DNA from: Candidatus Micrarchaeota archaeon
Lineage (GTDB): Archaea; Micrarchaeota; Micrarchaeia; Micrarchaeales; CABMGC01
DNA: 39,053 bases
Direction of reading: 5' to 3'
Assembly (NCBI GenBank): GCA_021809925.1
Contig: JAJZJV010000003.1
Span: 1-39,053, forward strand
The position numbers were made by a program, and so were the translations under genes. This document shows, piece after piece, positions 1-9,837 of the stretch (within the stretch, counting starts at the first letter, position 1; each line of letters begins with the position of its first letter). The notes beneath the pieces were generated by a model, which did not search any database, had not been told where the DNA came from, and saw nothing but the letters and a program-made list of their open reading frames with translations.

Positions 1-2
1 AA

Positions 3-227
3 GGTGACATATCAAACGTCCAGATTTACAATTCCATATTATCCTCTCAAGAAATAAATGCACTCTATCTGGAGGGCATTTCCGGAGCCCCAATTACTCT
101 TGAGAGCCTGTTGGGCTGGTGGCCGCTCAACGGCAACGCTAACGATTATTCAGGAAATAATAATGACGGAACCGCCTCAAACGTAATATGGTCAGGCACA
201 TGGTGGCAGAGTTATACTGCACCCTGA
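3..227 (+). CDS. C-terminal fragment of a LamG/concanavalin-like surface protein (5' end cut by window edge)
   Basis: Frame 3 is open from the window edge to TGA at 225-227. The translation GDISNVQIYNSILSSQEINALYLEGI matches the 'V.IYN.aLS..EI..LY' signature that closes LamG-type jelly-roll domains. It is followed by WWPLNGNANDYSGNNNDG, which looks like the start of another such module. Confidence 0.5.
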   Translation, partial: GDISNVQIYNSILSSQEINALYLEGISGAPITLESLLGWWPLNGNANDYSGNNNDGTASNVIWSGTWWQSYTAP

Positions 228-320
228 GTTTATGCTCAGATAGCATGCGTATATAACTCATGTATCACAATCCCTTCACATCCATTTGGGTCTTCAACTA
301 CCTTCTTCTGTCTTCTACTC

Positions 321-1070
321 CTAAGGCGAATTAGCGCCAATGAATTTAAGCAGAATCGAGCTCACTTCTTTCGGATGGGTATAATGCGGCGTATGTTCTG
401 CTCCAGGGACTACCTCCAGCTTGCTGTTGCGTATCCTCTCGTTAAATAATTCCCCATACTTCAATGAGACTGTTGGATCATTTTTTCCCCACACAACCAT
501 AGTTGGCAAATCGATCTTTGAGAGCATCTCCTCTGTCAGATGCTCTGAGCCATTCTCAAAATCATCTTCAAGTATGCTTCTTATCACAGATGCATTTCCG
601 CTTAAGGCCATGGCATCACTGATAAGACGCTCCTTTCTCTCATCGCGAACACTTGCCTCGCTCATGTCATCAAAATATTCCCTCATGCCTGCAGCGTCTT
701 CCAATATTATTCCCTTGCTCTTATAGCCGTGTATGGCATGCATTGCAGCGATCCAGCCGCCATACGAATGGCCCATTATGAATGAATCTAGCAATTTTTT
801 ATCTGCGAGAAGTTCGTTAAGCAGGTTTGCCTGTACAAATACGCTGTAATCAATGTCTGGGGCTGCTGAGAGCCCATGGCCAAGCAGGTCTACCAGTACA
901 ACATGCATCTCCTCAGGCAGGAAAGGAACAAATTTTCTCCATGTCCTCACATTTACGGCAAGGCCGTGTATCAGAACTATCTTATCTCCGTCTCCCATGT
1001 GCTCTTTATAATGTATCTTCCCAAGCCTGGAGTCGAAGTATCCTTCCTCAAAATCCTTCTCAAATTCCAT
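321..1070 (-). CDS. alpha/beta-fold hydrolase
   Basis: 249-aa ORF. It has an HGL oxyanion-region motif (VLIHGLAVN), a GHSYGG nucleophile elbow (GxSxG), and a C-terminal His (GAEHTPH). Confidence 0.85.
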   Translation of the reverse strand: MEFEKDFEEGYFDSRLGKIHYKEHMGDGDKIVLIHGLAVNVRTWRKFVPFLPEEMHVVLVDLLGHGLSAAPDIDYSVFVQANLLNELLADKKLLDSFIMGHSYGGWIAAMHAIHGYKSKGIILEDAAGMREYFDDMSEASVRDERKERLISDAMALSGNASVIRSILEDDFENGSEHLTEEMLSKIDLPTMVVWGKNDPTVSLKYGELFNERIRNSKLEVVPGAEHTPHYTHPKEVSSILLKFIGANSP

Positions 1071-1091
1071 GATCTGAATTGGCCGAGTACA

Positions 1092-1943
1092 TTAATATAT
1101 GTCTTGTTTTTCCATCAGTGATCTTAGAATGAGCTTTAGGTTACTTGATTCCCTAAGCCTTCGATACGCATACTGAATCCACTCCTTCCCAAAGGGCAGG
1201 TATATCGTGACATCCTCTCCCTTCTCAGCCAATTCCAACGCGTATTTGTTTCTTACGCCATTGAGCATGCCAAACATCGCCTTCTTCCTATACTTCCTCT
1301 CGAGAGCCAATGCCTTTCTTATCATATCTGTATCATGTGTGGCTATCATGAATTTCTCAGAGCTCTTGAAGAGATATCTCATCATCTCTGTATAATTATC
1401 ACTGATTTCCTTTCTGGAAGCATATGCTATGCTCTCGTTCTCCCTATATGCGCCCTTAACAAGCCGTACGACTCCGCCATCCTCTACAATCCTCTTCATA
1501 TCCTCAAAGCTTCTTTTAAGATAAGATTGTATGCATATTCCAACCATGCCTCTCTTCATCTCTTTCCCATAAAGCCAGAGTGTTTCATCCACTTCCCTGT
1601 GTGATTCCATGTCAAGCCATGTCATTATCCCTGCGCTTCTCGCCGCTTTGGTTATTCTTAAGTAGTTTGAAAGCAAGGCTTTTCTTCCTTGTAGGCTTCC
1701 TATCTGCGTAGGCTTGACTGCAATGAATATCTCCACTTTTCTCTTCCTTGCTTCATCTATAACTTCAAGGTATGTCTTAACCGCATCATTAACCATTACC
1801 TTATCAGAGAGATCTTCTCCTAGATAATTTATCTTCGCACGGATCCTCAGTGAATTGAGCTTCAGCGCTGCCGCAAGTGCATCGCTTATCTCAGGACCAG
1901 CTATCCATCTTCCTGCAAAAAGCCTTTCCAGATACGAATTCAT
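1092..1943 (-). CDS. proline dehydrogenase family protein
   Basis: 283-aa ORF with INYLGED, VKPTQIG, ICIQSYLKRS, VRLVKGAY, ATHD, FGMLNGV and YLPFG..W..Y..RRL. Together these follow the PutA-type proline dehydrogenase TIM-barrel pattern. Confidence 0.8.
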   Translation of the reverse strand: MNSYLERLFAGRWIAGPEISDALAAALKLNSLRIRAKINYLGEDLSDKVMVNDAVKTYLEVIDEARKRKVEIFIAVKPTQIGSLQGRKALLSNYLRITKAARSAGIMTWLDMESHREVDETLWLYGKEMKRGMVGICIQSYLKRSFEDMKRIVEDGGVVRLVKGAYRENESIAYASRKEISDNYTEMMRYLFKSSEKFMIATHDTDMIRKALALERKYRKKAMFGMLNGVRNKYALELAEKGEDVTIYLPFGKEWIQYAYRRLRESSNLKLILRSLMEKQDIY

Positions 1944-2142
1944 GAATTAATTCGGATCTCAAATGTTAAAACACTACCGGAATCATAGCTGTTCATATGT
2001 ATCCTGCTACAATCATCATGATGAACATGACCTGGCTAGCAATCACACCAGCAAGATGCTTGACATCCCATATTTTTATATGCAAAGAATGCATTTCTGG
2101 CATCCTTCTCTCATGCGGAAGCTTTTTCAAATTGCCTTAGCA

Positions 2143-3354
2143 CTACTTGATATTTCTTCCCAATTTCCTATGAGCCTTTCCAAGCTCCTTCATGCTCAAT
2201 GCTGCAAGCAGGTTAAGCTCTCCACAGAGGACTGCTGATGCAATTATCTCTGCAAGCTTTGCAGAGTTTGATCCTGGCGGATCCCCACTTCCATAAGCCT
2301 TGATAAGCATGAGCGCTTCCTTCTGGGCATCAAGATGCGTTCCTCCCCCAACAGTCCCGACTTCTAGCGATGGCATTGTTACGGATATGTACAAATCTTC
2401 TCCCCTTGCCTCTGTCCAGGTGTATCCTGAACTGCTTTCGACTACCTGTGCAGGATCTTGCCCTGTTGCAAGAAAGATAGCTGCAACGGTATTGGCGAAG
2501 TGTGCATTATACTTCGAGCTTCCTGCCCTCGCGCTTCCCAGCCAATTCTTTCTAAGGTTTGTATCATGAATCTTTTCTGCAGTAACTCCATGGAATACGC
2601 TCTCCAGAACCTCCTTCTTTATGAGTGCCTCAGCAACAACACTCTTTCCTCTTCCATAAAGATTGTTTACCATCGATTCCTTTTTGTCTGAGCACATATT
2701 GCCGCTTATAGCTACCAGCTCTGCCCTCTCAAAGTTCTCTTCTATATAAGAGCATGCTGCTTCTGTGGCTATTGTTGCCATGTTCATGCCCATGGCATCC
2801 CCTGTCTTGTATCCAAACCTGAGCCATACATTGTTCCCAAGCACAAAAGGAACAATGCTGTTTAGCTTTCCATGCCCTGTGGTCGCCTCTGCAGCTTCCT
2901 TTATCAGCTCGTAATTTTCATTAATCCACTCCAGAAATTCTTCCGAATCCGATACTGATTCAAGCCTGAAGACCGGCCCTCTAGTCATCTCGTCTTTCAG
3001 CACTCTTGCCTTAACTCCGCCAGAGATGCTCACAGCCTTCGTGCCTCTTCCAACGCTAGCTATCAACGCTCCCTCGGTCGTTGCCATCGGCACATAAAAT
3101 TCTCCATTCGCGTATCTGCCATCTACTCTCAATGGCCCTATCACGCCTACAGGTATCTCTACGCTTCCTATGACATTTTCAGCATTCTTGCCAACAAGCG
3201 CGGAGTAATCAAGGCTTGATGAGCCTATATTTTTCAACGAGACCCCGGAGATCTCTTCAATTGCAGATCTTCTGGATTCAACAGCATCAGCTGAGCTCAG
3301 CTCCTTGTCGAATCCTCTCAAGTCCAGCTCATTCTCATGGTTCTTCTTTACCAT
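2143..3354 (-). CDS. hmgA: hydroxymethylglutaryl-CoA reductase, class I
   Basis: 403-aa ORF with [33 protein letters not shown] and GTVGGGT motifs. The size is typical of archaeal class-I HMGR. Confidence 0.9.
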   Translation of the reverse strand: MVKKNHENELDLRGFDKELSSADAVESRRSAIEEISGVSLKNIGSSSLDYSALVGKNAENVIGSVEIPVGVIGPLRVDGRYANGEFYVPMATTEGALIASVGRGTKAVSISGGVKARVLKDEMTRGPVFRLESVSDSEEFLEWINENYELIKEAAEATTGHGKLNSIVPFVLGNNVWLRFGYKTGDAMGMNMATIATEAACSYIEENFERAELVAISGNMCSDKKESMVNNLYGRGKSVVAEALIKKEVLESVFHGVTAEKIHDTNLRKNWLGSARAGSSKYNAHFANTVAAIFLATGQDPAQVVESSSGYTWTEARGEDLYISVTMPSLEVGTVGGGTHLDAQKEALMLIKAYGSGDPPGSNSAKLAEIIASAVLCGELNLLAALSMKELGKAHRKLGRNIK

Positions 3355-3418
3355 TCAAATCATCACAAATAGTGCTGCTCGAAGCTTATTAAGCCTTACA
3401 TGGGTCTTCGTCAGCAAC

Positions 3419-4414
3419 TCAGCCTCCGCTAATCGATGCGAACATGCCTTTGATTACCAGTGATACTACAAAAAAGACAACCATTCCCATTATAAGGAAA
3501 ATAGGAAGATATCTCAATCCTTTGAGTACAGATCCAGACGCTATGGATGAGACTATGAATGATGCCATTCCTGTTATGATTAGAACTGCAGCTATAGCGA
3601 AATCCTGATACTGTGTTGGCGTTATTGAAGGTGGCTGTGGCTTAAGGATCGATATTCCGGTGCTTGGGAAAGGCTTTCCTCCATTCTGGCTGAGTATTCC
3701 TGCCCAGATGGTATCTGTGATTCCCATCATCTGGTTTGTAAGTGCATATAATACGGGCGCCCCTATCAGAGCTGCGAATGCTATGAAGAGCGTATACATA
3801 AACAATTGTCCCGATATCTCTTTTTGTATTGTCTGCTGGTTCCTGATATCCTTAGCTATCTGATTGAGAAGGTCGGTCATACCTCCACCATACTGCAGCG
3901 CCTCGCTTATCATCCTTGTGGTGTGCTTCATCTGCAGCGACCTGTACTTGCTTGCAAGAAGCGCGAGGGCATTCTGCATCGTCTCCCCGGCATAAAGCTG
4001 TTTGCTCAATAATTTTACATCCTCATTGAAGTACTTGAATTCTGGCCTTGTCGCCAGTATCATCGCCTTATCCAGAGCAACCCCGCTCCTCACGTTCGCA
4101 GAAGTCAATTGAAGGTAATCAGGCAATATGCTCTCGACAAAGTTCTTTCTCTGCTCTATTATAAATTCCATGACTGCATATATAACAACAACATAAACCA
4201 CAGCAGCCACGACTCCAAAGAATGCCGCAATGCCCTGATTCAATCTAAGCTCAATGTAAAGGCCGAAGCTGACTATAACAAAGAGCGCGAATACTCCTAT
4301 GATCATGATCTGGAGAAGCCTGTCTACGCTCATCTTGATCCCTGCGAGATCCATCTCCTCTGAGAGGAATCTTACAACGCTCCTCGATACAAGCCTCTCG
4401 AACAATGCCATCAA
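3419..4414 (-). CDS. type II secretion system F-domain membrane platform protein (TadC/FlaJ-like, single T2SSF domain)
   Basis: 331-aa ORF. N-terminal TM helices are followed by a cytoplasmic helical bundle (LPDYLQLTSANVRSGVALDKAM ... ISEALQYGGGMTDLL) and C-terminal TM helices. It is the last gene of the pilus operon. Confidence 0.8.
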   Translation of the reverse strand: MMALFERLVSRSVVRFLSEEMDLAGIKMSVDRLLQIMIIGVFALFVIVSFGLYIELRLNQGIAAFFGVVAAVVYVVVIYAVMEFIIEQRKNFVESILPDYLQLTSANVRSGVALDKAMILATRPEFKYFNEDVKLLSKQLYAGETMQNALALLASKYRSLQMKHTTRMISEALQYGGGMTDLLNQIAKDIRNQQTIQKEISGQLFMYTLFIAFAALIGAPVLYALTNQMMGITDTIWAGILSQNGGKPFPSTGISILKPQPPSITPTQYQDFAIAAVLIITGMASFIVSSIASGSVLKGLRYLPIFLIMGMVVFFVVSLVIKGMFASISGG

Positions 4415-4417
4415 TGA

Positions 4418-5587
4418 TCACATGCTAAATATCGGCCTCGAAGACCTCATTATATTCAGGAATATTACCTGAAGGAATATTATACCTACTAGCGCAAGCA
4501 GCAGGATGGTGCCATTAATTGTTATTATGCTTATGAACGTTGTCAGTATTGCAGCAACAGCTATTCCCATGCTTGGGAATATGACTCCGAAAAGCATGTA
4601 GAACATGGCGAGAGCATTGAGCCTCTGCCCATACCTTCTCAATTCTATAACCCTGTCTGATGTCACTTCCTGCACAACTTCCTGCAGTGATCCTATTATG
4701 TCTGCCCCTGCCTTTATGCTGACGCTTGCCTGGAGCATCAATCTCTTGAAGGTCTTTGACTGGGACTTTGCGCTGATCTCGTCCATTGCCTGCTCTATCG
4801 GCATTCCAAGCTGCACAAGCTCGACTACCCTCGCAAATTCCCTGCTCGCAGCCCCATATCCTGTGCTCACAGAGACTATTGCATTGTAAAAAGGCATTCC
4901 GGACCGCATGCTTATTACGATATCTCTCGCAGCAAAGAGAATATCTCTCTCAACCTCCTTGCCGGCTACCTTTGTCCTTGACTTAGGGTATGTCAAGAAC
5001 TTGTTAAATCCTGCAAAGTATGCAGCAAAGCCCACTAAAGGCCCAAGTATAACAAGCCGAGGCTCAATATTGATCATTATTATGGCCATCACTACAGCTA
5101 CTATAACCGCAAGGATCAAAGCGTAAATCATCATCTTTTTGACAAATTGATAGGGAGTTGTCTTCATTCCTGCTTCTATCAAAGATGATTCAAGCCCCTT
5201 CTGCTTTGAAGCCGTCCTCTCTATATATATCTTCATTCCCGAAGGCCTCGCACCTCCCTTCTTTTTGCCTGAGCTCTCGGATTTTATCTCTTCCTTCAAT
5301 CTGTTGCTTGCGCCCTCAGCTCTTATTCTCTGTTCCTCATTGACTGCCGTCGGTGCATGGGATCTTTCCGGCGGCGTATATTCTGGCGCATTCTCCTGCG
5401 GCGGATTTGCCTCTGTAGTTGGCTGGGGTGCGATTTCTTCCTTGGGCATTGCAAGTCCCATCCCTACAGCCTGTTCCTCAGTGCCATATATTGGCTTTGA
5501 CTTTACTTTGATGAACAAGATCTTCTTTGGCTTTGTGAAGCCTATGATCTTCTTCCCCTTTTCATCTTCTTTCTTCTTTTTCAACAT
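4418..5587 (-). CDS. type II secretion system F-domain membrane platform protein (TadB-like) with a disordered K/E/P-rich N-terminal extension
   Basis: 389-aa ORF. About 150 aa of low-complexity sequence are followed by TM helices, then a T2SSF-like domain (FAARDIVISMRSGMPFYNAI ... SVSIKAGADIIGSL) and further TM helices. Only 3 nt separate it from the next platform gene. Confidence 0.8.
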   Translation of the reverse strand: MLKKKKEDEKGKKIIGFTKPKKILFIKVKSKPIYGTEEQAVGMGLAMPKEEIAPQPTTEANPPQENAPEYTPPERSHAPTAVNEEQRIRAEGASNRLKEEIKSESSGKKKGGARPSGMKIYIERTASKQKGLESSLIEAGMKTTPYQFVKKMMIYALILAVIVAVVMAIIMINIEPRLVILGPLVGFAAYFAGFNKFLTYPKSRTKVAGKEVERDILFAARDIVISMRSGMPFYNAIVSVSTGYGAASREFARVVELVQLGMPIEQAMDEISAKSQSKTFKRLMLQASVSIKAGADIIGSLQEVVQEVTSDRVIELRRYGQRLNALAMFYMLFGVIFPSMGIAVAAILTTFISIITINGTILLLALVGIIFLQVIFLNIMRSSRPIFSM

Positions 5588-5618
5588 CGTTTCACATCAT
5601 CGCTGCAATAATATTTAA

Positions 5619-6305
5619 CTATGCTGGCTTTCCATTCCTCTCACTGAGCATTCTTATCACTTCCGCGAGTTTGCTGTTCCTTGCCTCAAAGAGATTCTTC
5701 TGTATTGGATCAGATGGGGCTTTCTCTCCTCTGGCAATCTTCTCCAAGCCGAAAATCTCGGCTTTCATTATCGAGAGTTCCTCGTCACCGAACATGTACT
5801 CATTCAAGCCATCGCTGATTCCTTGCAGATCAGAGAGCTGATCCTGCAACGAGAGTGATGGAAGAACAAGCTTCTCTCCCTCAGATGCCTCTGCTTTCTT
5901 TGCTGCTTTATGCTCGGGCTTCTCAACCTTTTTAAACGCCTCTGGCTTCTTCGGAAGCGCTTCCGCCACGGGCTTTGCTTGCTTCTTGCCTATTCGCGAA
6001 ACAAGATGCTTTACATCTTCTGCTGCTACCTCAAGCTCCTTGCCAAAATGAGGCCCCTCTCTCACTACTTTCTCTTTTTCTGGTTTTGCATCTCTCTGCA
6101 CCTGCTGCTGTGAAAGCATGCCTACTATACCTCTGCTCTCTACATATCCGATCTTTGCATCCGCCTTGCTGTAATCATATTCTGCTTCATTGAGCCTGCT
6201 CTTGAATATGCTCTCGACATTGATCTCAAAGCCAGCCTGCTTCTCAGCTGATTCTGATTCTTCTATAATCTTAACTGCATCCTCATATTCCATAAATATC
6301 CTCAT
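5619..6305 (-). CDS. hypothetical protein with a K/E/A-rich central linker, pilus-operon member
   Basis: 228-aa ORF whose start overlaps the ATPase stop by 4 nt (ATGA coupling). I recognise no motif in it. Confidence 0.6.
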   Translation of the reverse strand: MRIFMEYEDAVKIIEESESAEKQAGFEINVESIFKSRLNEAEYDYSKADAKIGYVESRGIVGMLSQQQVQRDAKPEKEKVVREGPHFGKELEVAAEDVKHLVSRIGKKQAKPVAEALPKKPEAFKKVEKPEHKAAKKAEASEGEKLVLPSLSLQDQLSDLQGISDGLNEYMFGDEELSIMKAEIFGLEKIARGEKAPSDPIQKNLFEARNSKLAEVIRMLSERNGKPA

Positions 6306-7825
6306 TTCAACAGGTCCGGAGTGTACTGCACATCATCATTAGCTAATTGTATTATCTTGGAAGGATTCTTATAATAATTTGCAACGATAAATCCTGCCTC
6401 ATCAATTCCGAATACCTTATTCTTTATCATCCAGTTTAGTATCTTGGCCTTCTGGTCGAGATCGGCATTTATCTCCTGCGGCGTATATCCTCCGTAAAGC
6501 ATCATGGTCTCGCTAAGCCTTGAGAGTTCTGATACCTGCGCAAAGGAATCGCTCCTAAGGTTCCACCTATACACTATGTTTGCATCGCCGCTCCTCAGAA
6601 TTTCTCCGAATTCGAGAACTCTCCTCATCCCGAGACGCCTATGCCTGAATAGCGAGACTACCCCTCCTATCGAATTAAGCATGACCTTTGGAATGTCTAT
6701 TGGCGGGTTAGTCATTCTTATTATTGTATCCTGGGCGTTATCTGCGTGCACAGTGCCATACACCGCGTGTCCTGTGTGTATAGCTTCGAAGAGCGTCTCA
6801 GCATCGCTCTTAGTCCTTACCTCTCCTACAAGCACTATATCGGGCCTCTGCCTTAGTGCATTTATCATCAAGTTATAAAGTGTGATCTCTCCTTTTCCTT
6901 CAGGGTTCGGCTGCCTGGTTAGCATTGGCACCCACTGCAGGAATTCAGGTAGGGTAAGTTCTCTAGTTTCTTCTACAGAGATGACCCTATGGTTTGCTGG
7001 CATGAACATGCTCAGAGCATTGAGAAAGCTTGTCTTTCCACTCGCAGTTCCTCCTGATATCAAAATGCTTATATCACTCTGTATGCAGAGCCATATCAGT
7101 GCGGCAAGCTTGTCGGATATCGTCTTCTGGTCGATAAGCGCTGTCATGGTCCAAGGATTCTTGGAGAACTTCCTTATCGTGATCGTGTTTCCCTTCTGGG
7201 AGACTGGCTTGAGTGTTGCATTTACTCTCGATCCATCTGGGAGCTCTGCATCCATGAGTGGCTGCAGGTTCGATATCTGCCTTCCTACCCTTCTTCCTAT
7301 CTGCTCAGCATCATCATATATTATCATCTCATTCTGAAGCTTGACTGTTGTCTTGCACCACCCATATTTCTTGTGGAAGACCCACACAAACTCGCTTGCG
7401 TTGTTCACTGCTATCTCTTCAAGGTTGTCGTCTGCAAGCAATGGCTCAAGATCACCAAGCCCAAGCATGGTGTTGATTATGTATGAAACAAGAACCTTCT
7501 TTACATTCTCCGGAGTTCCTGGAAGATATCTGTTTATTACAAGGTTCGATGCGGCAATGTACCTGCTGTGCAGCTCATCTATGTAATCCCTGTCTTCGAC
7601 TCTTCCTGGATCTATGGGGACAAGATTTACGAGCTCCTGCCTCAGAGAGAGCAAAAGCACTCTTGTGGCTTCGCCAAGCCCTGGAACAGTAACCTCATAA
7701 ATAGGTACGAACTCTCCCTTCTCTATAATCGTTATATTTACCTTTAACCCATTTGCATCTAGGCTATATGATTCATGAACCTGGATTGGATTATTCAACT
7801 CTGGGCTCTCAGCAGCCATAAACAT
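6302..7825 (-). CDS. type II/IV secretion system ATPase (archaeal FlaI/TadA/PilB-like)
   Basis: 507-aa ORF. It has a Walker A (SGGTASGKTSFLNAL), a Walker B-like DIVLVGEVR, an Asp box (ISVEETRELT), and a His box (GHAVYGTVHA). Confidence 0.9.
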   Translation of the reverse strand: MFMAAESPELNNPIQVHESYSLDANGLKVNITIIEKGEFVPIYEVTVPGLGEATRVLLLSLRQELVNLVPIDPGRVEDRDYIDELHSRYIAASNLVINRYLPGTPENVKKVLVSYIINTMLGLGDLEPLLADDNLEEIAVNNASEFVWVFHKKYGWCKTTVKLQNEMIIYDDAEQIGRRVGRQISNLQPLMDAELPDGSRVNATLKPVSQKGNTITIRKFSKNPWTMTALIDQKTISDKLAALIWLCIQSDISILISGGTASGKTSFLNALSMFMPANHRVISVEETRELTLPEFLQWVPMLTRQPNPEGKGEITLYNLMINALRQRPDIVLVGEVRTKSDAETLFEAIHTGHAVYGTVHADNAQDTIIRMTNPPIDIPKVMLNSIGGVVSLFRHRRLGMRRVLEFGEILRSGDANIVYRWNLRSDSFAQVSELSRLSETMMLYGGYTPQEINADLDQKAKILNWMIKNKVFGIDEAGFIVANYYKNPSKIIQLANDDVQYTPDLLK

Positions 7826-9055
7826 CTACTTTGAAAGGTTATTGACGTCATCCTCCATATTTGACATCTTGTTTCCATATTTCCTTAATTTGGTATTAAT
7901 CTCATCAGCATTCGCAGCCATATTGTCGAGCTTAGCCTCCCTATCTTCTGGCTTGATTCTGTTTCTCGAAGAGCTGCTCTTTAGTGCCTGCAGCTGTTTG
8001 GAAAGCACCAGAAGCTCCTTTTTGATGCTCTCCTTTTCCTTTGATGCCTCTCCAAGCGCTACTTTCATCTCATTAAGCCTATCATTGATATCTGCAAGGC
8101 CTCCAAATTCCTTCTTTATTGTTTCAAGCATTGAATTGAGTTTTTTTACCTCAGAGTCTGCCGAGGCTACCATCCTGTCTACATCGCCCTTCATCTTCGC
8201 GGCGTCATCAAGTAATTTCTTGCTCTCTTTCTCTGCATTTATCTTTGCATTTGCTGCATCATTCTTGTACTCTTGCAATATCTTATTGTACTTATCTACC
8301 TGGCTTTCCATTTCTTTGGAAGAGTCCATCATGCTCTTGATGTCCTTCTTGACATTATCCCTGATCCCTATCAATTCCTTCCTCTGTGATCTGATGGTCT
8401 CGTCGTACTTTGCCACCAGATTGTTTATTATGGCGTCAGCTGCAGATATCTTTACCCGTATGTCATTGTTTATCGCAGCAGTATTCTCGGAAGTTGCACT
8501 GAGCTTATTTATCTCCTCTGATTTCTTGTTAAGTTCTGTTAGCTCTTTCTCGAGCTTTGCTGCAAGGTTGTCAATGAACTCCTTCTTCTCCTCCAACCCT
8601 TTGTAATTCTTGTTTGCTTCCTCACTAAGCTTGTCTATTCTGTCTAGCGATGTTTTGATGTCTCCAGCCTTATTCTTGAATATCCTTTCTGATCCCGAGA
8701 CGAACTTCGTGAATGTCTCTATCTTCTTCTCCATCGCATCGAGAGCATTGACATGAGTTCCTATCTCCTCTTTCAGTGTCAGCTCCTTCATATCTGCGGA
8801 GCGCTTCGCCATGTCTATCGCTTCCTTTGATTGGGAAACTGGCGCGATAAACATCTTTCCTACTCTATATGTTATCTTAAGTAGATTTGCCTTTTCCAGT
8901 ATCTCTGCCCATTCTTCTAAGGTCTTCTGGCTGATGCCCAATGCCGCTATCAGTACCGTGCTCTCAGTATCTCCGTGCTCTGTGATATATTTCAAAAGCT
9001 CGTCTATACTGGTAGTTATCTGCCCATCAGCCATAATTCTCACAACGATAATCAT
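7826..9055 (-). CDS. wHTH-like N-terminal domain plus long K/E-rich coiled-coil protein, first gene of the pilus operon
   Basis: 409-aa ORF. Its stop directly abuts the ATPase start. The N-terminal ~70 aa (IDELLKYITEHGD..LIAALGISQKTLEEWAEILEKANLLKI) look like a winged helix. The rest is heptad-like and charged. Confidence 0.7.
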   Translation of the reverse strand: MIIVVRIMADGQITTSIDELLKYITEHGDTESTVLIAALGISQKTLEEWAEILEKANLLKITYRVGKMFIAPVSQSKEAIDMAKRSADMKELTLKEEIGTHVNALDAMEKKIETFTKFVSGSERIFKNKAGDIKTSLDRIDKLSEEANKNYKGLEEKKEFIDNLAAKLEKELTELNKKSEEINKLSATSENTAAINNDIRVKISAADAIINNLVAKYDETIRSQRKELIGIRDNVKKDIKSMMDSSKEMESQVDKYNKILQEYKNDAANAKINAEKESKKLLDDAAKMKGDVDRMVASADSEVKKLNSMLETIKKEFGGLADINDRLNEMKVALGEASKEKESIKKELLVLSKQLQALKSSSSRNRIKPEDREAKLDNMAANADEINTKLRKYGNKMSNMEDDVNNLSK

Positions 9056-9068
9056 AAAGAAGAAAAGG

Positions 9069-9076
9069 CTATAAAG
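9069..9076 (-). promoter_or_regulatory. TATA-like box upstream of the pilus operon (possible leaderless transcript)
   Basis: The minus strand reads CTTTATAG about 15-20 nt upstream of the ATG at 9055. This spacing would put the transcription start at or near the start codon. Confidence 0.3.
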
Positions 9077-9109
9077 ATTACCACACCAGATACGTCGGCA
9101 TAGGGCGCT

Positions 9110-9829
9110 TCAGATCTTCATGAGAAAATCTGCCATCTCCATGCCAACAACCTCCTCAGGCATGACTGCTGTTGTTATGCCTGCCTTTTCCAGCCTCGCC
9201 TTATCTTCTCTCTTTTTTACTCTGGATGATATTATAAGAGCATTATTTGCCTTCTTTGCAGTTATGCCTATCAATGTGTTCTTTATGTCTTGATCTCCCA
9301 ATATTACTAGCATGACAGCCTTTCCCACCTTACACGCTTCCAATCCCTCGCTCTTTGTCGGATCCGACTGCAGCACGGTAAAGCCATTCCTTGCAGCTCT
9401 CCTAACCTTCCCAAGGTCTGTATCTATCAAGATGTAGCTTCTCCCTTCTTTTTTTAACCTATCAGCAAGGTCTGTGGCAAGCTTGCTTATTGGCGTTATA
9501 ATCACATGTCTGTTTAATGACCTTACTTTCCTCTTTGCAAAATAATACCTTATATCTACTTTTCCCAGAGCCTCATAAAAGACAGTGGTAAGCAGAATCG
9601 TTATTATAAGATTGTTTATTATGGCCAAGAACTGCGCAAGAAGCAGAACAGGGTTAGGGGAATCGAGCTTTATGCTGTTAGATATATATGCTGATCCAAT
9701 CATGCTCATGAAGACGAATAATAACGCCGCAGGAACATTGCTCAAAAGACGGAGGACAACTGCTGTTGTAATTACGAATAAGATTAGCACAGACGCAAAA
9801 AGAATCTTTTGTATCATCCTTATTCGCAT
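9110..9829 (-). CDS. membrane protein with C-terminal RCK/TrkA-N-like domain (degenerate dinucleotide motif)
   Basis: 239-aa ORF with about 3 TM helices followed by an RCK-like fold. The Rossmann glycine motif is replaced by VIITPISKLATD. No TVGYG-type selectivity filter is present. Confidence 0.7.
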   Translation of the reverse strand: MRIRMIQKILFASVLILFVITTAVVLRLLSNVPAALLFVFMSMIGSAYISNSIKLDSPNPVLLLAQFLAIINNLIITILLTTVFYEALGKVDIRYYFAKRKVRSLNRHVIITPISKLATDLADRLKKEGRSYILIDTDLGKVRRAARNGFTVLQSDPTKSEGLEACKVGKAVMLVILGDQDIKNTLIGITAKKANNALIISSRVKKREDKARLEKAGITTAVMPEEVVGMEMADFLMKI

Positions 9830-9837
9830 GCTTTCAC

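Noticed and set aside
1963-2238. 91-aa plus-strand ORF in and beyond the 200-bp gap between the proline dehydrogenase and hmgA genes. A possible 33-aa minus-strand mini-ORF (MHSLHIKIWDV...) is also there.
   Set aside because: The plus-strand ORF overlaps the hmgA 3' end antisense and looks random. The mini-ORF is too short to support without expression or conservation data.
7842-8606. 254-aa plus-strand ORF rich in S, L and F
   Set aside because: It is antisense to the K/E-rich coiled-coil gene. Low-complexity mirror ORFs of AAG/GAA-rich coding are expected artefacts. It has no start context and no motifs.
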